Source: Bugula neritina (taxonomy: Eukaryota > Animalia > Bryozoa). From it: DNA of 64,000 bases. This document shows, piece by piece, positions 49,601 through 62,012 of the stretch (positions are counted from its first letter, which is position 1; the number at the start of each line of letters is the position of its first letter). Under the pieces are notes generated by a model, which was given only the letters and a program-made list of their open reading frames with translations, was not told the DNA's origin and ran no database searches. Location of the stretch: contig OZ037767.1 of NCBI GenBank assembly GCA_964035545.1, positions 18,940,259-19,004,258 of the forward strand. The letters are read 5' to 3'. The translations under genes and the position numbers were made by a program.

Positions 49601-52600
49601 AAGTAGTAATTTTTTAAAATGTTTTTGTGTCAGGCCAGAAATATTCACGAATGGTAATCTGAACATGTGTAGGTCCATTTAGTGTTAATATGAGCAAAAT
49701 CTGAGACACAAAGATGTGGGACCCCTTGGAAGTTGGTTGATTTGCTATGGAATGACCCTATAGTATCACTGTTGAGAACAAAAGATGTTCACCACTGTCA
49801 ACATTGCCCCTGGTTATAGTTGGACCCTAGAAGTGACTTCTATTTATTCCTTGTGAGAAAAAAGTAATTGTAATTGTAATTAATTACATTGCCATGTAAT
49901 TGTAATTGTAATTAATTACATTAATTTTTAACTGTAGTTATAATTGTAATTGTAATTGACAAATCTTCATGTAATTGTAATTGTAATTAATTACATTTAC
50001 ATGTAATTGACCCCAACCCTGATACATACTATAAGGTGAGTCACACATACTATAAGGTGGGATACATGCTATAAGGTGGGATACATACTATAAGGTGAGT
50101 CATACATGTTATAAGGTGGGATACATACTATAAGGTTGGATACATGCTATAAGGTGAGTTATACGTACTATAAGCTGAGATACTTACTATAAGGTTGGAT
50201 ACATACCATAAGGTGGGATATTCAGTGGTTCCAGTTTGCTTTCAGGCATCACCTACAAAGTTCACCTGGTAGACACGTCAACTGGAATAGTAGAGGAACC
50301 TGTAGACATCCGCGCAGCTACAGGTGACACCGTTTCCTCCCTCAAGCAGTATATAACTCAGTTCTTTGGCCTCGAGTGGTCTGAAAGTATGAGGTGTGTG
50401 TTGGAGCATCGCACCTCTGAAACTCTCGACCTGCTAGATGATGACAGCAAGCAGCTCCGCAGCATTAGCTTCGGCATCAGCACCAAGGTTAGCCTTAGCT
50501 CACTGGTACTAGCTGAGTTCTATTATTGTTGGGGGGGGGGGGGGGGGTTGGGGTTGTCTGTAGTGCAGCTAGTGGATTAGCTAAAAAAGGTGTGTGGTAA
50601 TTGGCAGGTTTTAGTAATATTATATGATAATAATGTGTATCATGACCATCAAATATATTTATCTTTATTTCTAAAATAAATATAAATTTTGCTTATGGAC
50701 AGTTTGTGGTTGTGTTGAAACAGTTCTACAGTTTATAAAGGGGCTTGCCTGTCCCATTGTTCTGTTGATTGATTCACTCTCCTGTATTGTTTCCCTGTGT
50801 TTGGGGTTGTGCCGCTCTAATTAGCAGACAACTCCGTATTATGGAATTAGTTCACTTCTGGATCGTGTCAAAACACTCGTGATACTTTATTGAACAATTT
50901 ATAAAGCCAACTGCAGCATTTTCTGTATTTGGTCCTTTGTAAATTTTATTCAATCACTGTGTTTGTATGTTTTTTCCTTCCCTTAAATCCAACTTACTCT
51001 TTTAGAACTTAGCAGTTCTAACTACATTGATAAGTCAGCTAATGTCTACACAGGCCCCACTGTAACTCTCAGCTTTGGTCTACTCAGGCCCTGCTGTAAT
51101 ACATCAGTTGAAGCGTGTATTATACTATGACTCGCTGCACGCTGACTCTCTTACAGATCTATGTTGAGAAGAGCCCGCCTCCCACTATAGATTCTAACCT
51201 CCCATTTCAAAAGAGTACACTCCATTCCGTCATCACCTTGTATCAAAACAGCTCATGCGTGGTGATGACCATCCCTTCTCCTGCCGAGATAGAGCACTAT
51301 CTGGAGAAAGAGAAGACACGTGAAGATGCCCATAATCAGTCTATAGCTAAAGGTTGGTATTTCATTATACTATCTGCTTTTATATTATGGCAATGGCTCT
51401 CTGCAATGTTTTTGATGTGTAATCGGCATTAAAGAATGGCCATGCTTTTTTATTTTTTAGCATATGAAAAAATGAATTTGCAACAGCTATCAAAAAGCAA
51501 TATTCACACAGCAAACTCTAGCGATATTTTCACAAATACTGACGAAGCCATCACAAATACTGATGAGATCATCACAAACACTGATGAGGTCATCACAAAT
51601 ACTGATGAGGTCATCGTAAACAGTGACGAGTTCCTTACAAACACTGACAACTCTAATGCAACGAATTCTATATTTGTCAATCCAAATAGTCATGAATTCG
51701 CCACAGATGTTAGTAATGGAACATCAAGTGCTCCTAGCAAGCATTCTCCGCCCCCTCCTTATGACAGCATCATAGACACCAGTGACACCCAAACTGCTGC
51801 CGCTAGCCAAGACAACATCACCACTCATGTCTGTGGGTCAGGTGACTTCAATTCTGATGATGCCACTGCAAATAAAGACGATGATGTGTTTGCTGTGGAG
51901 GACGACATGCCGCTGGGCACGTGCGCTACAGACAAATCAGACGAAGACAACGCTCTCTACGCTGCCAACACTTCCGACCACGAAGGTGATGATTCGCCAG
52001 CACCAAACCTGTCCCTGGAAGGTGGCAGCATGCTGCAGACGTACCTCCAGTCTGACAGCCAATCAGCATCGCTGAACAAAGCTCGCTCAAGTCCCGTCAA
52101 CTCGCACGAGTCGCCGCCAGATCAGCGGGTCTCTAAGGACACGTCACGAGATGAGGACTGCTGGGACTACACCGGCTGTGCTGTCAATACGAGCTCGTCG
52201 AGCTTAACAACCAACACTCTTACAGCTTCCTCTGCTGCCTCCTTGTCCCGCACCATCCCACCTGGCACCGGAGTGTTGCCCTCTACTTCCTCCAGCCTTC
52301 CCACCGCTGACTACACTAACAATACTCTCCTAGACCACCTAAGAGATGATGAAAGTGAAGAGACTGTGTTCCGAGAGCAGTATCGCAAGGAGGTTGATTC
52401 TAAAACTCTAGGTTAGTCGCTACTCAGTCAAACCACACTTGCTTTTTCTCTGGTCCATAGTGTGTTTTGCAATTGTTACTAGAATTAAAGTAGTGTAGGT
52501 TGACTATGAAAGAGTAAGTATCAGTACCAGATGTGTGCAGGTTTATTGAGGTTGTGGTGTGTTTTTACTGTCATCTCGAGTTTCTTACTCAGCCCTGCCA

Positions 52601-53893
52601 GGTTTACCCATCAGCAGAAGGTTGTAGTCATCAACCTATCTGGTGATTCATACAGGGTCACTGACTATATATTACAGTTTTTATATTCTTGTGTTCGATT
52701 GCGTCATTTGAATTAGACCAACAGAGCGGGGCGGGGCTCTCTGTGAATATGATAATGAAAGGGGTCTGTAGATGTCTTTTCTACGTTGTGTAACAGTAAA
52801 GTGGCGTTGTACTGAGTACAGTTTTATCTATTCTTTACTTCTTTTTAATAGAGCTCACTGTGCAGATAGACAGACGTGCAACCCTGTCTAAGCTCAAGAG
52901 AGTTATTGGGCGCCGCTTCAAAATACCAACCAATCATCTGAAACTGTTTAAGATATACTCCAACAATCAGGTATGTATAGCTCCTAGCTTGCTATTGCCT
53001 GGTAACATCAGCCCCAGGTGTAATGATGATGTTGAAGCAGGGTTATCGAGATATCCTAAACCATCTTAGATAGCAGTGTAATGCAGTTCCAGTAGTTAAT
53101 ATTTTCTATTTTGTACACACTTATCTTGAATTGATAATAATTTCTACTTGCTGATTACAAGCGTTAGGGAATTATTGTTAATAAATGCCATTTATTTTGT
53201 GTTACATTTAAATGCTGTAATACAAGGCTAGCTTAAAAGTTTGAAACACAGGCTATTAATAATGAACGAGTAAATCTTGCTACAATAAGTCAGTTGTCAA
53301 ACCTGTACTGCTTGCAGTGATATATAGCATGAGTCTACAGTTACAGTAGTTAGTATGTGAAAACCTACTTCGCCACACCAACCATCACTGATGACAGCTA
53401 TAACTCCAAATCACTATGTTATCACATGTATTGAGATTTTTGAGGATGCTGTTTTACTGCTAGGCAAAAATAACAGTATCGAAAAGTGTCTTTGAATGAT
53501 TCAAACAGCAGACAACCAATGGCAACCGTTGTATTTGTCTGTAGTTTTAACCAGCTGTATTTGGCAACTGCCTTGTTTTTTTCAACTCCACCACGATGTA
53601 CCAACCTGGTTTTTGATCAGTCGAAGGCGTATTGACATAACTTGTACTCTAAATTCATTTTTAATTCTGTTACAGGAGACCGAATGCACATCAGAGAATG
53701 ATGCCCTGTCGTTGCTAGGTAACGGCTCTCGCATGTCTCTAAAGTTGAGTCGAGTTTTGGCAAAAGGAGAATATTTAGTGAAGATGTTTGAGTTGCATGT
53801 TAACTCTTCCAAGAGTGAGGTAACTACTACTACTACTACTACTAGTACTGCTACTATTACTACTACTAGTACTACCACTAGTACTACTGCTGT

Positions 53894-53928
<35 letters not shown>

Positions 53929-56802
53929 GTAGTACTACTACTACTACTAGTAGTAGTAGTACTACTACTAGTACTACTACTATTACTACTATTACTACTA
54001 CTACTACTACTAGTACTACTACTGCTACTACTATTACTAGTACTACTACTACTACTGCTACTACTAGTACTACTGCTGCTGCTGCTACTGTTGCTGCTGC
54101 TGCTACTAGTACTACTGCTAATGTTGCTACTGTTGCTGCCACTGATGTTTACACTATTTTCACTACTACTTCTGATACTGAAACTACTTGTGGTATGAAT
54201 TTGTATTATGTTGGAAAATTTGTAGGCGTTTACTTTTCTGATGGAGTTGATAGTGACTAAAGGAATGTCCGTCAGTCAAATCAAGGACCTGATATGCAAG
54301 GAGCTGGCTGATGAACATAACCGTCATATTCCTAAGTCAAGGTCAGATTTCCTCCGGGCTCTAACCTTTGCTTTGATTTTTCAGTCATCTCTCCAATGCT
54401 GCATCTATGTTAAGAGATAACGCATTGTATTTTTATCTAAAATATGTCCATCTTGTGTATTTTTACTCTGTTTAAATCATTGTATTCGATTTGGCAGATC
54501 CCAAATTCTAACTAATGCACCTCTTTCTTCCCTTTCAGTTTTAATATCTCAGCTAAAGCCATACTCTACTTTTCTGTTCCTAGTCTATGGGCTACTAACT
54601 TTGACTGTCTTTTGAAAGAATTTTTACAGCTCCCAAGTAGGACCTGCTTTCAGCTCTAGAGCATAGTTAATAAGCTCCAATTCAGTTTGTACTGAGTATT
54701 GATGTGTACACAGCATAACAACAAACCCGCATTGCACTGAACAAGTATGGAACATCTGGTCATCAGTCTATATTATCAACATAAAGAACTTGCTCTACAC
54801 ATTAGTGTGCTGAACTATTCTCTTTCTGCCATTCCCAGCCCTTTGTTGTTAGACTTGTGCAACCTCTACTCACTCTGACTGTAGGCTGATGTTGAGGAAG
54901 AAGACGTGGAAGAACCCACATGCGGTGCACCATGACGACTTTAGAATAGACCATGAGATATTCATGTACACCAGCTGTGAGATGTTTGTGCAGGTGCTTG
55001 ACGGTAAGCGACTAGTCTCTACTCGCTATGTGTGGTTAATATCCTTAGCTAGATCGCTGTGTTTAACTTTGCTTTTTCTTCCCAGAACTTGGGGGTCAAA
55101 TTGGGTCAGCAGATATGAGTATTATGTAAAACATTCCATGAGCAACCATATTCATACCATTACATGTTATAGACTATATTGATGACAGTGTAACAATATA
55201 ACTGTTTATACAATACTATAGCTGACTATACTATATTATAACTGACTATTTTATAATACTATTAGTTTCTATATAGTCCCCATTATAATACGATATAAAC
55301 AACTGGGAAAGCATTCTTTCTCATTACGACTAGCATACAGATAGCAGTTTCCCTGAACATTGTGCACACAACTCTTATCAGCTCATATACTGTAGAAACA
55401 GAGGAGCTGGAGGCTAGTCGAGGCGACATGGTGCTGTTCGTACAGCAGTGGAAGCCCTCAGTCTACCAGTTTGGTGACATGTTCCAGATGGCCGTACCCA
55501 CCTCTGCAGATATCAGTCTCTTCAAGTCAAAGGTATTACTCGGTAGCTACTGACCTCTGATATACTAGTAACTACTACTCTATCACTCTGATATACTAGT
55601 AACTACTACTCTATCACTCTGATATATACTAGTAAGTACCACTCTCCTAGTCTATCATTCTGATATATACTAGTAAGTACCACTCTCTTACTCTATCACT
55701 CTGATATACTAGTAACTACCACTCTATTAGTCTATTACTCTAAAATACTAGTAACTACCACTCTCTTACTCTATCACTCTGAAATACTAGTAACTCTCTT
55801 ATCTCGTGTTATGCAGATTTCTGCAGTCACTGGTATCCCGTCATACAACGTGGAGATTGCCAAAGGGAGGGGCACATTCCCCGGGGAGGTGTCGGTATTG
55901 GACGCTCACACCAACGGCCTCGAATGGAACCCCTCGGCCAGCTGTCTCACGTCCTGGCCACTTTACGCTGAGTGTGGCACTGTCATTATATTCAGGTTGG
56001 TTATTCAATATCTCACCTACCTTATGGTCATCACATTCAGGTAATAGTTATAGCGGCACTAATAGTTATTTGTAGCCAGTGTTCAAAGCATTCCTTAAGG
56101 TAATGTAAACTCTGGTCAATGAGCGTGACCTTTAGCCTCCTGTTGGTATAGTGTTGTGACCTCAGACCAGGTAGAGAGATATTACTTATCTCTAGTATGA
56201 CGAAATCTTCTCAGACATCGGGAACTTTCTAGTATCAAACTGTCAAAAGTGATTCCTTGTGAATTGTGTTTTAGACTGTTGAGTAGAATAGTTCAAGATA
56301 TTTAATACCAACTGGCAGACGTCTAGCATTACTGTTACAGTTTCAGTGAATCCAGTTTTTTGTCAATGCTACTTTAATTATTAACCAAGTTTATTGATTT
56401 TAATAACAATCACTTGCTAAATGATCATTTTTTGTTTTATATGATGCAAATCAAATAATGTATCTACTGGGCTAATCAAGTATAATACTAGTGTTGGCTT
56501 AATTCTCTTCTCTTGTCATTTCTTCTGCTGTGTTGTATTTGTTTCAAATTACTGTCTGAAGCCACTGTTATCTACTGTATCGTATTCCCTTCAGAGACAA
56601 GCAGGAGAAACTGGGTCGTCTCACGGAGGAAATGAAGAAAGACATTAGTCTAAGGGAAAACAATTCCTTTTACCGCTCATCTTCCAGCATGTACTCTCGC
56701 AAGGAAAAGGCACTAAAAATATACACCTTTGATACAGGGACTGATCGGGGTGAAGCAGAGGGCAGCAATGACTCGGCCAATCAGCATCCTGACCTAGATT
56801 AG
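37663..56802 (+). CDS. USP47: Ubiquitin carboxyl-terminal hydrolase 47; ~25 exons (37663-37674, 39768-39959, 40211-40330, 41261-41353, 41750-41937, 42435-42589, 43051-43190, 43683-43772, 44253-44446, 45090-45175, 45498-45601, 46124-46203, 46661-46851, 47531-47748, 48358-48577, 50246-50487, 51157-51352, 51461-52411, 52852-52970, 53676-53819, 54226-54341, 54885-55004, 55396-55532, 55817-55995, 56595-56802)
   Basis: Cys box [70 protein letters not shown], His box [43 protein letters not shown] and C-terminal RKEKALKIY. The first mini-exon (MAIP) and exon 4 are less certain. Confidence 0.93.
40331..40455 (+). repeat. Degenerate ~20-bp repeat (~6 copies) starting at the USP47 intron 3 donor
   Basis: Unit ttagttgtcttcccctgcta. 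Confidence 0.8.
40631..40841. mobile_element. Tc1/mariner (pogo/Tigger-like) MITE, 211 bp
   Basis: TA on both sides; TIRs cagtgctcccttcatatc / gatatagaaggagcactg; homologous copy at 31463-31655. Confidence 0.85.
41928..42404 (+). repeat. 21-bp minisatellite (~23 copies) of the USP47 exon 5/intron 5 junction
   Basis: Unit ctctctacag|gtYagtaWata. Confidence 0.97.
42581..42891 (+). repeat. 24-bp minisatellite (~12 copies) of the USP47 exon 6/intron 6 junction
   Basis: Unit gtagtcact|gtaagtatttactct. Confidence 0.97.
46193..46328 (+). repeat. 34-bp tandem repeat (4 copies) of the USP47 exon 12/intron 12 junction
   Basis: Unit gcttacatcaa|gttagtatcagtatattctattg. Confidence 0.97.
46408..46596 (+). 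mobile_element. 5'-truncated copy of the same tRNA-derived SINE
   Basis: B box gggttcaagccc; shares ggtgatgtt.ggaag.gcat..agtcataattgct and tttctcacagggatgg with 11551-11768; 17-bp TSD gtataagtatgYctaaa (46391-46407, 46597-46613). Confidence 0.85.
47774..48310. repeat. 24-bp AT-rich minisatellite (~22 copies), USP47 intron 14
   Basis: Unit tatagtatagtttattatataata, with occasional 27-bp variants. Confidence 0.97.
48833..50021. mobile_element. Non-autonomous hAT-type element in USP47 intron 15
   Basis: 8-bp TSD atacatac (48825-48832, 50022-50029), TIR cagggttggggt at both ends, and dense subterminal tgtaat repeats. Confidence 0.9.
49087..49758. mobile_element. Foldback/MITE element nested inside the hAT element
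   Basis: Diverged inverted arms of ~220 bp (49133-49350 versus 49490-49707), extending to cattccat-like termini (right end atggaatgaccc). Confidence 0.75.
51530..51650 (+). repeat. Coding 21-bp repeat (ITNTDEV-like, 5-6 copies) in USP47 exon 18
   Basis: acaaaYactgaYgaRRtcatc units; protein [40 protein letters not shown]. Confidence 0.85.
53820..54185. repeat. Imperfect (ACT)n/(GCT)n microsatellite starting at the USP47 intron 20 donor
   Basis: gag|gtaactactactact... Confidence 0.97.
55555..55800. repeat. 31-38 bp minisatellite (~7 copies) filling USP47 intron 23
   Basis: Unit ctctgatatactagtaactacYactctatca. Confidence 0.92.
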
Positions 56803-57680
56803 AGTAGTAATTAGGTTATACGAGTCGTGCAGACGTTGAACATGGCACTTTCTTCATGTTTCTAATGTTGGCCCCACCTTTCTGTCTGTAACTTTCGAAT
56901 TGTTATTCGCTTTATTTATTACTTTCCATATACTCTGATTTTACGCTCTGTCAATGCAATATCATCACATGCTCTGGTAGGATTTGTATTCGTGATTTTA
57001 TATTGCACTATAATAAAATATTTTTGATAAAATCATAGATTTATTTGAAAACTCTGTTTCATATAATAGGTTATTATATGAGTTATTTCAAGCAATGTTA
57101 TACCATATGTTATGCTGCTTTTACTCAATTCTGCTACCAGTTTTAGACCCCTGATGTATCCTATTATTTTAATGCAATAAAATAGATATTTCCGGAAATG
57201 AATCTGTATTGCATCAAACCCTAATTAAGCTCTCTCTATGCCTCCACCCTCAGCTTTCGTCAAGTGCCATTGTTCATTATTTTTGTCTCACACCTTTGGA
57301 ATAAAATCGTTGGCGGTAGGAGTGTGTGAAGTGTTCAAATATTAAGATTATATAGTATTGATGTGATTTTGTGTTGTAACCATAGTGATTTTGTATACAA
57401 TGGTGACTGAGTTCAGCTTGTGTGTATTGATTTTCAAAGTTATCCCACCTTTATACTAATAACTCCACAATTTGCTTATGTTTATGGCTTGCGACCTGCC
57501 TGTAGCTATGCATTTAAAACTGTTTGGAACTATGCAGCTGTATTTTTATGCAACACAGGATACTAAAACAATAGAAGTTGTCAAGGAGACGGCATGTTCA
57601 ACAATAGGAGAGAAATCACTCTGATCTTTGATTTCTCTATGCAGCCTATTAACTGTGTGCAAGATTTCTTATACTTTTAA

Positions 57681-60600
57681 ATGGCTACCAAACTAAGCAG
57701 CAGAACCCTCTTTTTAATTTTAGTTTTTTCCATCATAAGTGGTCGGGCAGGATTCAAACAAGCAGCCTGCCCTACTATGTGTAAATGTGTATCTAGAAAC
57801 TCAACTAATTTATCAGGGACTAAAGATACTGGATATAAAGCTAACCTTACCACAGATATTATATATTGTGATCACAATAAGCTTATGGAAAGTGGCACAT
57901 TTCAATACTTGAAGTCATCCTCAAACTCTTATGTAAGCAAACAGAATAAATTAATTTATCTGAATATCGCTGTACTTTATTTTTATGTTTTACAATTTTT
58001 TATAAACAATGCAGTCATTGAACAAATATGGTGACAATTTTCAAAAAGTCTTTGCACATTGAAATTTTAGCCAAAGAGCAGTTTCCCAACTAGCCATTTT
58101 GCGGAGGCTGTTGACAACCCCTCCATGAAGGTCATGTTTAGCAGCAGCTACACCAACACACATGCTGAACCAGCCTCTGTCAACTCGTCATATTTCTTGC
58201 CATTGTCCAATTTCGATTTCGTCAGCATTGAGATGGCTGGCAACAACCTGGCGTCTTTGGCTCCTGATTTTTTTGAACACCAGGGTATGTAGTTGTCTCC
58301 ACATTAAACTCTTTAGTTGTGTTCTTAGGAAAACTTTAGATTTCCAACTGGAAATTTCAAGCTTCCTTCTATTAGACTTGATTTCTGCCAAAATTAGTTA
58401 GGTATAAAACATTATTGGCTAAAATAATTTGTTAACATTTTTCCTATAAAATAAAACAATAATTGTTTTTAAATTTTAGTTGACGTTGAAGTGCTAGACT
58501 TAAGAAACAATACTCTAATAGAGTTGTCATTCCTCAAACCTCTAAACAGGCTGAGAGTTTTGAAACTTAGTCTAAACCAGTTGCTGGTCATCTCAGTAAT
58601 CAACATAAGACATCTGAATCAACTAGAGGTCTTGGAGCTCGATGGAAACCGTCTTATTTCAGCATCTTTCTTGCTGATGGCTCTACCATCCCTAGAGTAT
58701 TTGGATATATCAGGTAGTTGTTGCTAGAAACTACATTATTTCAGTTATAGTTTTTTTTTGTCTGATACTTATTCTACATATTAAATTAAATATCTGCGTA
58801 TATTAATTATTTTAATTTTTGTAAGATTGTTTATAAAAGTTTCAATATTCCAATTCGGCTGAAATTTAGTTTTTTTATATCTACATTTTAATATTGGCAG
58901 AGAAGGATAATTTTTAAAAGCTATATACGTCTAAAGTTGTTCAGCAGATTTAACTTTGTGGTTTGCAACTAATTCAGAATGGTGACTCACCTGTACACAG
59001 ACGTAGTCGTACAGCATAAAACACGAACATTTAAATAGAAGGTTGTAAACTTTATACATCACACAAGAACTTTGTCTTATATAGCTCTAATAAAAAACAC
59101 ATTCACTTATTAGCAAACACATGACAAGGGCATCTAGACACTTTGATTAGTCTACAAGTTTTTCTCATGTCAAAAGTTTTTATCCAATCAAAACTCATTG
59201 CATCCAGTCTTCAACATCAGCTACTAATTCAATAACCATCTATCTTCATAAGTTTTGTAAATAAAAAACAATTTTAAATCTTTGTTGACGTCACCTTATG
59301 AAATGCTTATATATATGTTAATGTCTGTTTCAGATAATTTTCTAAAGTCTCTCACGCCAAAGATATTTGAAGAAAAACCTGAATTGAGTCACATCAACAT
59401 GGCCGACAACAAGATACGAGTAAAATAACTTTTTAAAATTGCTGCATAATATTTATATTTAGAACACGCTCAGAAATATTATATATCAATGTTTTATTAT
59501 CATATATCAATGTTTTATGAATATTTTTATCATGAGCAAAAACTGTTCTAGAGAGAAATGGGATTATCATTTATCTCAACATTACGCAATGCAGACTTGG
59601 ATCTTAGAATCTAATATCTATGTTGACTTACTTTAACTGTATAACATAATAGATAAAAATTTTTTGAAACAAAGTCAATGTGTTTAAAATTTAGCTCAAA
59701 AGAAATTTGAAAAGTTTTGATTCGATTTCAATTTTAGGTGATAAGCTATTGTCTAATCCAGCCTCTTCTGAACAACTCAGGACTTTTTATCAACATAACA
59801 AGAAATCCTCTCACATGCGGCTGCCATCTTGTTTGGATCGAGTATCTGATAGGTGAAGTTATTCATAGCCAGTGCAGCGCTCCACCGGCCTGGCAAACAA
59901 CTGCAGACGTGCAGAAGTACTGCAGACAACTAAGAGTCAAACCGATATGCTCCTCTTCGTAAGTAACATCTCGCAAGAAATTGTGTAGTTTTACATAATC
60001 ATTATGGGATTACACTGAAGAAACTTATCAGTAGAAATATAAGCTACCAAGTTTAAAGATAAATCTTGCATTAATTTCCATTTACGTTATTATTGATTAA
60101 AGCTCTAACAAGAAGTTTGAGTTTACCTATAGCTCACTCTTGTTTAGTTTGTATCCCCGTGAGAACACTTGCTGATAAGAATTTTTAAGCGGGTCAAGGA
60201 CTGTGATTTTTTCTGGTAACTTCCGCTTGTACGTAATACGGGAGCATAATAACTCAATAGCTCTGCTGGCATTTGAACCCATGACCTTGTGCCTACTAGT
60301 TCAGCGCTATAACCACAAGGCCACGACTGTTTTCCATGGCGTAATACGCAAAATAAAATGTATCACATCTTCATAAACATAAAAAAATATAACTTTTAAG
60401 GGATTATAGGCAATGTTATGCCTATGGTCTAGTATCCACTAATAAATGTATTATAGGTAATATGCTTTAAGCAGCAATCCAAAATATTGCATAATCTTTA
60501 TTTTCTTTTAAATTTTAATTTGACTAACAGATTATTTTTTGTATCCTAGAATTTGCTTCTCTTGAATTAAAATCAATGATTCAATTCTCTACTAATAATA

Positions 60601-61587
60601 TGATGTGGCTCAATTATGGTTATATTATTAAATCATATGCTGTAGCAATGGTTCTAACAGCATACCCTGGAACTACTACACAGCGCCCCCAACCCTGGGT
60701 GTCAGTGCGGGACAAGCAGGTCAGCTGACTTCCTCAGTAGGAAGTCAGACTCCCAAAAGTGCTGTTGTCATGCAAGCAGCCATATTGGCCACACTAGGAT
60801 TTGTCTCTGCTTTTATTATGGGTGGGTAACTTCCATAGATTGACTAGGTTCCAATAATTAAGTCTTGCTTATATCTCAATCCTGGTAAAATTTCAGCAAC
60901 AGAGCTGTTATCTACAAAATGTGATAACATTATTTTAATTTCATGTACACGTAAGACACATTTGTTTTGAAATGTTTTATACTGTTACTAAAGTGTTTTG
61001 TTTCAAAACTATCAGTAATAAGTTTTAACTCTTATAACTACACTTCTACGAGTTAGCATTTTGTGTTTTTCTATCGGCTGGTAATTCCACATAGGTAGAG
61101 TAATGACAGATCAGAGTCAATATGATATAGTAAGTCAGTATATGTGGTGAAAAATTCACTTTGCTATATCATAATATCCTTTAGTTTAAGCATTGGTAAA
61201 AGTCAATTCTTTGCAAATAAAACATATGAGCTGTCACTGAAATTTTAGCTATCTTGTGTTTTCACTTAAAATATTATTTTTCTGTTAACATTCTTTATAA
61301 TAAAATGAGAGTTTGGTTAAAACATGATTGCATAGTGTTTTATACTAGCAATGGAGAAATCAAGTACGTTCCCGTTGGTCAACTGTTAGCCTATAATTGC
61401 TCTCTTTGAATTAAATATTGTATGATGGGTTCTATTTTTAGGAATTGCTATTTACAAAAACAGACAAATTGGAAGAGGAAAACCTTCTCTAAAGCACACA
61501 ATAGAAGCTGAAGTAGACTCTCCTACTCTGCCCATGCTGCAAAACCTGAGTGTTTTAGAGCTTCATGAAATAGATGCTTCAAAGTAA
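57681..61587 (+). CDS. Single-pass transmembrane leucine-rich repeat protein (signal peptide, LRRNT, LRRs, LRRCT, TM, short tail); exons 57681-57932, 58071-58284, 58480-58713, 59334-59418, 59738-59958, 60646-60821, 61442-61587
   Basis: Hydrophobic leader, CPTMCKC N-cap, LxxLxLxxN repeats (LDLRNN, LKLSLNQL, LELDGNRL, LDISDNFL), NPLTCGCHLVW...CSAP C-cap, and TM segment AAILATLGFVSAFIMGIAIY; exon phases consistent. Confidence 0.85.
60130..60335 (-). mobile_element. tRNA-derived SINE of a related but distinct family
   Basis: Minus strand shows gtggccttgtggtta (A box) and gggttcaaatgcc (B box); 3' part agtccttgacccg...ttctcacgggga resembles the tail of the other two SINEs. Confidence 0.65.
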
Positions 61588-62012
61588 CAGAAAAGCTGCT
61601 TATTTTAAAATGCTCATTCTTTGCACATTTAATGTCAAGCTATTTATTGTATTTGAATTGATATAATAATTGTAAAATATCAGTAAGAATTATCAATATA
61701 TTTAGAGATAATAAAGAATACTCGACAACTATAATACACATTTTTTGAATCCGTCAGTTAAGAGTTGACATAATTATTTTATATATATAAATATAAAATG
61801 GGATAAAATTATCATAATTAGACTTAGTTAGTACAACCGAAACATTCAACTGAAAACAGAAAAAAAACATAAACTTAGATAATGATTTTGCAGTATATTT
61901 TGCTGTTTGATATACATTGTTGGACTTGAAATGTAGCTGTACCATAACAACAACAAATGACAACTTAATTTTATTATCACGTCTATTACATTTATACTGC
62001 GGGCATAATCCA

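Larger units (their letters stand above)
48576..50220 (+). repeat. 19/21-bp minisatellite of the USP47 intron 15 donor (48576-48832 and 50022-50220), split by the hAT insertion
   Basis: Units ag|gtgagtcaYacatRctata and aggtgggatacatactata. Confidence 0.95.
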
